Source: Candidatus Zestomicrobium tamdykulense | GTDB lineage: Archaea > Thermoproteota > Thermoprotei_A > Sulfolobales > NBVN01 | Assembly: GCA_039889305.1 (NCBI GenBank) | Contig: JAVVFV010000006.1 | Span: forward strand, 1-62,047 | DNA: 62,047 nt | Direction of reading: 5' to 3' | Part shown: positions 54,814 through 62,047 of the stretch, piece after piece | Position numbering within the stretch: position 1 is the first letter of the stretch | Layout of the letters: each line of letters opens with the position of its first letter | The notes under the pieces: generated by a model | The model's database searches: none | What the model was told of the DNA's origin: nothing | Seen by the model: only the letters and a program-made list of their open reading frames with translations | Translations under genes and position numbers: made by a program

Positions 54814-55290
54814 TTAAACACCTAACTTTGGGAACACTTTACTCACGTTTTTACTTTCTAGAGTCTTAAAAACATATTTGACTCTCATTTCAGTAACTCC
54901 CTTAATCATTGCTATTTCGTCTATAGTGGAGGAAAGTTCTTCATTATTGGTAGCAACTACCTTGATTAGGAGTGGGTACTCACCACTTACCTCATAAATC
55001 TCCAGAATGTTTGGTTTTTCTCGTAGTTCTTCTATAATGTTCTTCAGGTATTGTGGGGTTGCTTTAATCTCTACGTAGACCTGCTGTATGAAGCCGAGCT
55101 TATTTAAGTCTACGTCGATTGTGTAGCTCTTTAAGATTTTACTGTTTCTTAATTTCTTAACTCTTATGTATATTGTTGATTCACTAACATTTAGGTTACG
55201 TGCTAATTGCTTGAACGGGGTTCTAGAGTCTTCAAGTAATTTAGCAAGTATTTTGATATCTAGCTTATCAATCTCTACATTCTCAGACAT
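54814..55290 (-). CDS. Lrp/AsnC transcriptional regulator
   Basis: IDKLDIKIL..L.EDSR, LNVSESTI..RVKKL, VSGEY. Confidence 0.93.
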   Translation of the reverse strand: MSENVEIDKLDIKILAKLLEDSRTPFKQLARNLNVSESTIYIRVKKLRNSKILKSYTIDVDLNKLGFIQQVYVEIKATPQYLKNIIEELREKPNILEIYEVSGEYPLLIKVVATNNEELSSTIDEIAMIKGVTEMRVKYVFKTLESKNVSKVFPKLGV

Positions 55291-55291
55291 A

Positions 55292-55525
55292 TTAAACGCA
55301 CCTAACACCAAACCTGTTTTCTATTACTAGGTAATAATCGTTATTCACTTCCTCAATATCTATGAGTGAGAGTCCGTACTTAATGATAATTTCCACGTAC
55401 TTCTGTATCTCACCCACGTTCTTAATCATCACCTTAACTCTTTCCCCGCACTCCATGGTACTGCTTAATTCTTTGAATAGCTCATTAGCTTCTTTAATGC
55501 TCTTCACGCTTTTCTGGGTCTGCAA
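55292..55525 (-). CDS. small TusA/SirA-like protein lacking CPxP
   Basis: MECGERVKV...KYGLSL..IEE.NNDYYLVI pattern. Confidence 0.5.
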   Translation of the reverse strand: MQTQKSVKSIKEANELFKELSSTMECGERVKVMIKNVGEIQKYVEIIIKYGLSLIDIEEVNNDYYLVIENRFGVRCV

Positions 55526-55594
55526 CGCGTGATCTCCTCTCGTATTTATTGTGTTTCTTATTTAATTAATTCTGGTAATTTAATGTTTTAGGGT

Positions 55595-56824
55595 GTGAGT
55601 TTCGTGAGTGAAAGAGTTAATGATATATTCAATTTGATGTTTAAGGCATCAGAAATTCTTAAGACAGTTATTCATAGGACTCCAGTATTTCATTCGGTAT
55701 TCTTTTCTTCTCTCACAGGGAAATCCGTGTACTTAAAACTCGAGAATCTTCAGAAGACAGGGTCTTTCAAGGTTAGGGGTGCTTACTTCAAGATATATAC
55801 GTTACCTAAAGAAGTTAGGTCTAGGGGAGTTATTACTGCTTCTTCAGGTAATCACGCGCAGGGTGTTGCGTACTCAGCTAGAGAACTAAATATACCTTCC
55901 TTGATAGTCATGCCTGAGACCGCACCAACATATAAAGTAAACGCTGTTAAGTCTTACGGTAGTGAGGTCTTACTGCACGGTCAGATATATGATGATGCCT
56001 TCAAGAAAGCTCTAGAACTTAGTGAGGAGATGGGGATGACCCTCATACACCCATTTAATGATCCCTACATCATAGCCGGGCAAGGAACTATAGGGTTAGA
56101 AATACTTGAGGACGTCAGCACTGTAGACACCGTTATTGTACCAATCGGTGGTGGTGGTCTAATATCTGGTATTGCTTTAGCTGTTAAGAAGCTTAGTGGC
56201 GGGAGGGTTAAGGTAGTGGGTGTGGAGCCTTCAGCGGCAGCCAAGACCAGGTTATCTTTAAGTATAGGAAGACCTGCGACCGTGTCGCCGCAACCATCAC
56301 TTGCTGACGGGGTTTTAACTAAGAGTTTAGGTGACTTAACATTCGAGATAATTCGTGATTACGTTGATTTAGTTCTGGAGGTTGAGGAAGATCAGATTGC
56401 TAGAGCTATCTACTTACTACTGGAGAGGACTAAGTTACTTGCTGAGGGTGCTGGAGCTCTCCCTGTAGCTGCGCTACTATCCAGGAGTGAGGAGATTCCT
56501 GGTGAGAACGTTGTAGCTGTTATTAGTGGTGGGAATGCAGATCTGACGACTCTTTACAGAATCTTGATGAGGGGCTTAATGCGTGAGGGCAGAATTGCTA
56601 GGATAACTCTCTCCCTGAAAGATGTTCCAGGAAGCTTAGAGAAAGTCTTGAAGATACTTGCTGACTTAAGATGTAATATCTTAGATATACTGCATGATAG
56701 GTTCGATCTAGACATAAAGCCTGGTTACGCTAAAGTTAAGATATTGATGGAGGTCTCAAGTGAGCAGGTAATTAAGACTGCTATCACGAGATTACGTGAT
56801 TTAGGGGTTGAGGTGCTTGAGTAA
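55595..56824 (+). CDS. ilvA: threonine ammonia-lyase with C-terminal ACT domain
   Basis: KLENLQKTGSFKVRGA, SSGNHAQG, PIGGGGLISG, SGGN, DVPGSL. Confidence 0.94.
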   Translation: MSFVSERVNDIFNLMFKASEILKTVIHRTPVFHSVFFSSLTGKSVYLKLENLQKTGSFKVRGAYFKIYTLPKEVRSRGVITASSGNHAQGVAYSARELNIPSLIVMPETAPTYKVNAVKSYGSEVLLHGQIYDDAFKKALELSEEMGMTLIHPFNDPYIIAGQGTIGLEILEDVSTVDTVIVPIGGGGLISGIALAVKKLSGGRVKVVGVEPSAAAKTRLSLSIGRPATVSPQPSLADGVLTKSLGDLTFEIIRDYVDLVLEVEEDQIARAIYLLLERTKLLAEGAGALPVAALLSRSEEIPGENVVAVISGGNADLTTLYRILMRGLMREGRIARITLSLKDVPGSLEKVLKILADLRCNILDILHDRFDLDIKPGYAKVKILMEVSSEQVIKTAITRLRDLGVEVLE

Positions 56825-57158
56825 TCCCACACCCTCCTTCACTACAGCATTACTGATAGAGACTCTCCCTGAAAACTACGAAGTATTAGTTAAGGTCTTA
56901 AGTTTAGTGAAGGAAAATCTTAGAAGGTTGAAGTATTTTTGTAGTATTGAGGAACACTCATACGTTTGTGGTTCTTCAGATACCTTGATTAAGATCCTCC
57001 CGCAACCCTACGGTGTTGAGGCTAGAATGCCTGAAGCACGATACTTCGTAGTTAAGGTATCTATTAATTCGTTAATTCCGGAAAAGCTTGTGTTAGTTAA
57101 TGATTTGATCGCTTCTCTACTTAAAGAAGCAGGCCTCAAGTATAGGAGAATAGAGTGA
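56808..57158 (+). CDS. hypothetical protein
   Basis: 116-aa ORF coupled to ilvA. Confidence 0.55.
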   Translation: MRCLSNPTPSFTTALLIETLPENYEVLVKVLSLVKENLRRLKYFCSIEEHSYVCGSSDTLIKILPQPYGVEARMPEARYFVVKVSINSLIPEKLVLVNDLIASLLKEAGLKYRRIE

Positions 57159-57858
57159 AGAAACTATAAACTGTTTTCGTCATTATTGAGGAGAGAGCTG
57201 GAATCAAAAATATAGCGTCCTTAACCCCGTAACCACCAACAATTATTGATTTTGTTTTAAAGAAAGACACGTATCTCAGGTTAAGTAGGTCTACACCTAC
57301 TAATGTAGCCAGAGTGCTAGCAGAGTATGTGAGCATAAATAAAGTGTTTGAGTCTATAGAATAGTGCATGCCTACAGCAAGCACTAACGTAACTGTCGCA
57401 GCAACACTAGAAACTAGTGAGACAAGTATGCCTTTCTCGAAAACCATAACTGAAAACCTATTGTAAACTATCGTTAGGAAGAAGAACGTAAGGAAGTAAG
57501 TAGTGAGGTGTTGAGGTAGTCGGTAGACCGCATAAGCACCTAGCACCAGCGCCAGGAAAACCGGAAAGATTAAACCAGACAAGCTTACGTAAATTCTTAA
57601 TTTCTGAGTAGTTTTCAACCTAATCTTCTGTAGTACTCTTAAGTTATCGTTACTTAAGTCAATCACCTTCAGTAAATCACTACTAATAGACTTACTAATC
57701 AAGAAGAACCTGATTCTATCACCATAACATAGTAGTAGAGTTAATATCGTAGATAGGTAAGTCACGTACTCGGTACCCAAACCTAGGAGTAAGAATAACT
57801 CACGAAATAGCAGGAACGTCACTATAGGGTAGGTAACTTCCTTAATACACCCCACCAA
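57136..57858 (-). CDS. DUF1614-like membrane protein
   Basis: SLSG.IFP, TLVGVDLLN, VGGYGVKDAIF. Confidence 0.75.
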   Translation of the reverse strand: MVGCIKEVTYPIVTFLLFRELFLLLGLGTEYVTYLSTILTLLLCYGDRIRFFLISKSISSDLLKVIDLSNDNLRVLQKIRLKTTQKLRIYVSLSGLIFPVFLALVLGAYAVYRLPQHLTTYFLTFFFLTIVYNRFSVMVFEKGILVSLVSSVAATVTLVLAVGMHYSIDSNTLFMLTYSASTLATLVGVDLLNLRYVSFFKTKSIIVGGYGVKDAIFLIPALSSIMTKTVYSFFTLFSYT

Positions 57859-57953
57859 ATATTATGTGAGGGACTTAATTCGCTTTAAGACGTTACCCTT
57901 ACCTGAAGCACTTACTCTAAGCTCATTTATTACTCTATATAGCTATATATGGT

Positions 57954-58817
57954 GTGGGGTTTGTTTTGTTTGTGGTTTTGCGTGGGTTGGTGGATTCCGT
58001 GGATCTAGCGATTTATTCTTATGTTAAGCCTGGGGCACCACATAGGTATTCCCTAAGATTTAAAGACTTAAGGTCTTACGTGGCTCTACTGACTTCAGCT
58101 TTAAAGAATTATCTAAGATCTACTGAATTAGGGGTTGGTGTTGCTTCAGGGTCTTTAGGCTTTGTTGATGTTGGTTTAGGAACGCTTATAAGGGACTCTA
58201 TTCATGATAACATATCCTATCTTAGGAGGGTTCAGCTACCTGAATTCCACGTATTCATGATTCCAGCATGTGTTGCTGCTTCCTATACCCTGAAAATGAG
58301 AGATAAGTTTGTGTTACAGACATTCTTAAGTGCTCGTAAGTCACTCTTAAGTTATACGGGTCCTCAAGAAGTTCTGAAAATCTATGAAGCTTTAAGAAAC
58401 TCTGGTGGTGAGGTAAGTAGGTTGCTTTATGAGTTAGGTGTAACGTCCAGCAAGATAATAGCGGAGTCATTATCTCTTGAGGAATTCCTAAATATTCTAT
58501 CCAGTAACTACAGATACTTAAGCTTCACGACAACTAAGTATAACTATGTTCTAGAAGCCTCAAACGCTTTCATTAAAGAATATGAGAAAGAAAATGACTG
58601 GAATGCCTCAGCAATCGCATCATACTCTATCCTGTTAAGCGCCTTAGGAGTCAATATAAAGCTTCCCCACAAGTTTGAGAGTAGAGAAGACTTTAAGAAA
58701 ATCTTAAGTCTTGACCAGGAATTAAGTAGCAAAAACATAGATTACACACCACTTATACCACCACTCACTGAAGCCATACTAATAAGCCTCCTAACAATCT
58801 ACCCACCTAAGCAATAA
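57954..58817 (+). CDS. degenerate CitG-like protein
   Basis: N-terminal KPGAPHRY resembles the CitG KPGNVH motif, GLGTLI helix; other motifs lost. Confidence 0.55.
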   Translation: MGFVLFVVLRGLVDSVDLAIYSYVKPGAPHRYSLRFKDLRSYVALLTSALKNYLRSTELGVGVASGSLGFVDVGLGTLIRDSIHDNISYLRRVQLPEFHVFMIPACVAASYTLKMRDKFVLQTFLSARKSLLSYTGPQEVLKIYEALRNSGGEVSRLLYELGVTSSKIIAESLSLEEFLNILSSNYRYLSFTTTKYNYVLEASNAFIKEYEKENDWNASAIASYSILLSALGVNIKLPHKFESREDFKKILSLDQELSSKNIDYTPLIPPLTEAILISLLTIYPPKQ

Positions 58818-58831
58818 CAACATAATAGTTG

Positions 58832-58921
58832 TGGTAGCCGGGCGGGGATTCGAACCCCGGTCACGGGGGCACTCCCCAGAGGACCAGAGCCCCGCATCCT
58901 TGGCCACTAGACGACCCGGCT
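58832..58921 (-). tRNA. tRNA-Gln(CUG) with 14-nt intron at 37/38 (58870-58883)
   Basis: AGCCGGG...CCCGGCT-A-CCA; CTCTGG|TCCTCTGGGGAGTG|CCCCCG forms a BHB (CUCU/GGAG helix). Confidence 0.95.
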
Positions 58922-58928
58922 ACTCAGG

Positions 58929-59018
58929 TGCCGCCGCGGGGATTCGAACCCCGGACCTCCGGATATCCCCAGGATTGGCCGTATGAGTCCGGCGCTCTAC
59001 CCGCTAAGCTACGGCGGC
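58929..59018 (-). tRNA. elongator tRNA-Met(CAU) with 17-nt intron at 37/38 (58965-58981)
   Basis: GCCGCCG...CGGCGGC-A; CCGGA-CTCATA|CGGCCAATCCTGGGGAT|A-TCCGG; relaxed BHL motif. Confidence 0.93.
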
Positions 59019-59166
59019 ACCAATAACTACTATAATAACCCACCTTAAAAATATTCTTGTGTACGTGCGGATTTACTTAATACTACAGTTCTATCTGCAA
59101 TAAAATAAGAGTACACGACTGTTCTGGTACACACAAACATTAACTTCTTTATTCTTTTGTAGAGGA

Positions 59167-59290
59167 GGCGGATCCCAGTTTGAGGGGGCTGCGAGGCCTC
59201 GCGGACCTCACTGCCCCCTCAACGCGGCCGGCTTAACTTCCGGGATCTGACGAGTCCGGGTGTTTCCCGACCGCTATGACCGGGACCGCC
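59167..59290 (-). rRNA. rrf: 5S rRNA (unlinked)
   Basis: GGTCATAGCGG...AAACACCCGG...CCGGAAGTTAAGCC...GCGAG; complementary ends; TATA (CTTAAAAA) upstream. Confidence 0.96.
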
Positions 59291-59400
59291 ATAATCTTTG
59301 TTCAAGAGGGTTTTTAAGTCTTTATCTCGCTGTTTTTATGAGTTTTGTCAGAGAGATATGACTTAAAAACTCTCTTGAACGATTACTTTTGGGTCCTTAA

Positions 59401-60195
59401 ATGAGGTTGGGTTTCGTCTTATCAAGCTTAGTTACTGTTTTGATTATTGTTTACGTGATATTTTCTTTATATGTTCCACAACAAGATTTAGGAGGTGTTG
59501 AGATCGTGGGTGGAGAGTTGCTTCTTCCTCTCCCTAGGAAGATAACTATCATTACGGTTGAAGAAGCTATTCTTCTTAGGAAGAGTATTAGGGAATGGAA
59601 GGATTCCCCAATAACTGTTGAGCAACTGTCAATGATTCTCTGGGCTTCGCAGGGGGTAGTTGAGGATGTGGATGGGTGGCTTAGGAGAGCTTCTCCAAGT
59701 GCTGGTGCTACTTACCCTCTGGAAGTGTACGTAGTTATTGGTGAGAGAGGGGTTTCTTTAGGTAATGAAAGCTACGTTGAGGCGGGGGTTTACAAGTACG
59801 ATTACGTGAGACACTCACTAAAATTGATTAAGGAAGGAGATTTCAGAGATGACTTATGGAGAGCTACGTTGAGACAGGATTGGGTTAGGGAAGCACCGGT
59901 AAGCTTAGTTATATGTGCTGTTTACGAGAGGACTACGTGGAGGTATGGTGAGAGAGGAGTTAGGTACGTCCATATTGAGGTAGGTCATGTAGGCCAGAAT
60001 ATTTACTTAATGAGTACTGCTTTAGGCTTAGGTACTGTTGCTGTAGGTGCTTTCCACGATGATGAGGTAGCTAGAGTAGTGAATGCTCAACGTGATGAAC
60101 GCCCACTGTATGTGTTTCCTGTTGGAGTTCCTTTAAGACCCTACAAAACAGATTTTAGGGAACTTCAAGAACTTTATTCGAGGCTGAGAAGATGA
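59401..60195 (+). CDS. SagB/ThcOx-family nitroreductase with N-terminal membrane anchor
   Basis: RKSIR, LWASQG, SPSAGATYPLE, RYGERG.RY..IEVGHVGQN, GTVAVGAF.D. Confidence 0.9.
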   Translation: MRLGFVLSSLVTVLIIVYVIFSLYVPQQDLGGVEIVGGELLLPLPRKITIITVEEAILLRKSIREWKDSPITVEQLSMILWASQGVVEDVDGWLRRASPSAGATYPLEVYVVIGERGVSLGNESYVEAGVYKYDYVRHSLKLIKEGDFRDDLWRATLRQDWVREAPVSLVICAVYERTTWRYGERGVRYVHIEVGHVGQNIYLMSTALGLGTVAVGAFHDDEVARVVNAQRDERPLYVFPVGVPLRPYKTDFRELQELYSRLRR

Positions 60196-60554
60196 GTAGA
60201 GCTAGAGAAACCTACTTCTGCCTCAGATTAGTTGAGTATACTTCTATTCCTCTAGCGTTCTGCATCATGCTCTACTTACTAAGTGGTTACGGTATTGTCT
60301 CTCCTATCTTTAGATTAATAGGACTCACATACCACGTTTCAATCAAGTTACATACACTACCCCTCTTAAGGTTCGTGACCGCGCTCCTGACTATACTCCA
60401 CCTCTACGGAGGTGTAGTGCTAATCTTAAATAGGCATGTAAGAAGTGAAAAGATTAATGAAATAATTAAGTTATCTGTCCTAGCGATACTCCTAATATTC
60501 TTATTCTTAATTGTGTTAAGCGAGCTCGTAATACTATTCAGACTATTCAGTTAA
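60192..60554 (+). CDS. small 3-TM membrane protein with intramembrane His residues (cytochrome b/DUF4405-like)
   Basis: LLSGYG, KLH, ILHLYGG; ATGA overlap with the nitroreductase. Confidence 0.6.
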   Translation: MSRARETYFCLRLVEYTSIPLAFCIMLYLLSGYGIVSPIFRLIGLTYHVSIKLHTLPLLRFVTALLTILHLYGGVVLILNRHVRSEKINEIIKLSVLAILLIFLFLIVLSELVILFRLFS

Positions 60555-60636
60555 GAATCCTCACTTACGTAAAGACTTTAATTATAAAGTTCTTCTTATT
60601 AACTTTCTTACCAAAAATTCAGTAAGTGATGTACTT

Positions 60637-60948
60637 ATGGAGGTAAATAAGACACCCTTCGTGACCGGGATAGCTATACTTCTAGCAGGTGTTTTGATAG
60701 TTGTTTTCGGAGCTTTTCTGGCTTTCGACGCATACCTTAATTACAGACCTCTACTACCTGCTGGAGAAGATTTACAGTCTTCTATTACTAATACTGTGTA
60801 TGAGTTGCTAAACCTAGTTATTAAGTTAGGTTTTCTTGGAGCCATGATATGGGCGGGTTCAATACTTTTAGGGAAAGGTATTGATCTTTTTAAGGCTCTT
60901 TACGTTAAGGAGAAAAAAACTAAAGAGTCTGAGGAGATTAAGAAGTGA
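60637..60948 (+). CDS. hypothetical 2-TM membrane protein
   Basis: Two hydrophobic helices, KLGFLGAMIWAGSILL.KG. Confidence 0.65.
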   Translation: MEVNKTPFVTGIAILLAGVLIVVFGAFLAFDAYLNYRPLLPAGEDLQSSITNTVYELLNLVIKLGFLGAMIWAGSILLGKGIDLFKALYVKEKKTKESEEIKK

Positions 60949-61325
60949 ATACTCTCCTTAAGCTAGGTATAGGCTTAATAGCCTTCCTAGTGTTGAGCAG
61001 CTTACTAATCCCGGCCGCGATCTTTATTTACGAGTTAGTAAGTAAGCCTGACTTAATAAATCTTAAGACTTCATACGAGCAACTTAATGAAACTTCTATT
61101 AAGTTAGTATTTAGCATAACTTATAAAGGCACCATACCCTTAAGTGATGTTAAGATTGAGATATTCAACAAAACACTATATTTCGGTGATTTACCTAAGA
61201 ACACCACACTCACTAAGTACGTAGTACTTAATATTATTACGCTTCCCGAACGTCCGGAAGTTTTAATGAGTTTAAAGATTGCTGGGATTTATCGTCTCGA
61301 GTTAAGGATGAGAGGTGTTGAGTAG
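60945..61325 (+). CDS. hypothetical membrane-anchored Ig/CARDB-like protein
   Basis: N-terminal TM, then beta-rich domain (ITYKG.IPLSDV.I, FGDL). Confidence 0.55.
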   Translation: MNTLLKLGIGLIAFLVLSSLLIPAAIFIYELVSKPDLINLKTSYEQLNETSIKLVFSITYKGTIPLSDVKIEIFNKTLYFGDLPKNTTLTKYVVLNIITLPERPEVLMSLKIAGIYRLELRMRGVE

Positions 61326-61723
61326 TGAGTAAGAAAACCAGTATTAAGAAAGTAATAAGTACTATCGTGGTCGGGGTTCTCACAGGGATCTTCTACTACT
61401 TCATTTACGTAGTTTTGCTCCCAACAATATTTTCTAGAATCTTTCCAGATACTAAGGTTCTTGAAGTATCTGTTTTTTGGCTAGTAGCTTTCGTGCTCTT
61501 TACCGGTCTAGGCATAGTAGGTTCCCTACTCAGAGAACATCCAGTCTCACTACCTCTCAGACTCCTAACTAAGATTTTAGGAGCTCTCATAGTATTAATC
61601 CTGCTGAATTTCGGCATGATTAAAGGTGAGGTCGTTAGAGAAGGAACCGTGATTGAGTATAGCTTAGATATCTCATTACCACTCTATACAATAATACTTT
61701 TCAGCATGTTGATGTTTCCTTAA
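61325..61723 (+). CDS. hypothetical membrane protein
   Basis: Four hydrophobic segments; coupled to the previous gene. Confidence 0.6.
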   Translation: MSKKTSIKKVISTIVVGVLTGIFYYFIYVVLLPTIFSRIFPDTKVLEVSVFWLVAFVLFTGLGIVGSLLREHPVSLPLRLLTKILGALIVLILLNFGMIKGEVVREGTVIEYSLDISLPLYTIILFSMLMFP

Positions 61724-62047
61724 CTACTAGAACCCTGAACACGTAAAACAAATAAAACCATCACGTATACTTTTATCAAGTAATGTAGGTGCGTTGATTA
61801 ACGAATTACCAACCATAAAGAAATATATTCAGAAGCAAGTAAGTTCTTTTCACTAGACACAGCGATTTTACGCTAGCTTATTAAAGAGGCTTAAGAGATC
61901 CTGACGCTGCTGAGTTCACAGATCTCGTTAAGTTAGCAATGCCTCAGACATATTGATAGGTGATGAATACAAAGGTTTTATTTTCTCGTTGAGCAACCAC
62001 GAGCGATAGTTCTGTCAGAGTTTATAAGAGTTTCTTAGAGCTAGCTA

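Noticed and set aside
1259-61617. Numerous short ORFs nested in or antisense to well-supported genes (e.g. 4869-5216, 5865-6254, 28423-28851, 46037-46402)
   Set aside because: Shadow frames of real genes.
61724-62047. Possible gene remnant or C/D sRNA (GTGATGA near 61960)
   Set aside because: All frames are broken and no properly spaced D box follows; the evidence is insufficient.
1-62047. CRISPR array, transposase, provirus or defence island
   Set aside because: No regularly spaced repeats and no recognisable cas, integrase, transposase or viral genes were seen.

Overview
Archaeal chromosomal window, AT-rich with GGTGA-type ribosome-binding sites and BRE/TATA promoters. Gene content points to a hyperthermophilic Thermoproteota, probably Desulfurococcales-like (inference). 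It is mostly core genome: MTA phosphorylase, TBP, a dpp/opp ABC transporter, the HMG-CoA synthase/thiolase/DUF35 operon, Hsp20, a block of small regulator-like hypotheticals, an archaeal pantothenate/CoA cluster, AglB and AglH, TrkAH, archaemetzincin, an OPT/FtsX/ABC operon, methanopterin-type pterin genes, threonine dehydratase, 5S rRNA and four complete tRNAs (Leu, Arg, and intron-containing Met and Gln). I found no integrase, transposase or CRISPR array. The most notable signals are non-coding. (1) A stand-alone 3' half of initiator tRNA-Met (40277-40314) has its own promoter, a GC-rich leader and half of a bulge-helix splice motif, suggesting a split, trans-spliced tRNA-iMet whose 5' half I cannot find in the window. 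(2) An orphan ~185-nt structured RNA (5420-5603, minus) has a terminal stem, a K-turn, a possible pseudoknot and a CCCUAACCCUA segment, and lies directly upstream of a C/D guide RNA. (3) A C/D guide is predicted to methylate U34 of tRNA-Thr(UGU). Also seen: two likely non-canonical start codons, a thiolase lacking its catalytic Cys, two CitG-like paralogs with complementary motif loss, a macrodomain pseudogene and an unannotated 55-aa ORF. All product calls come from motif recognition by eye, not database searches.
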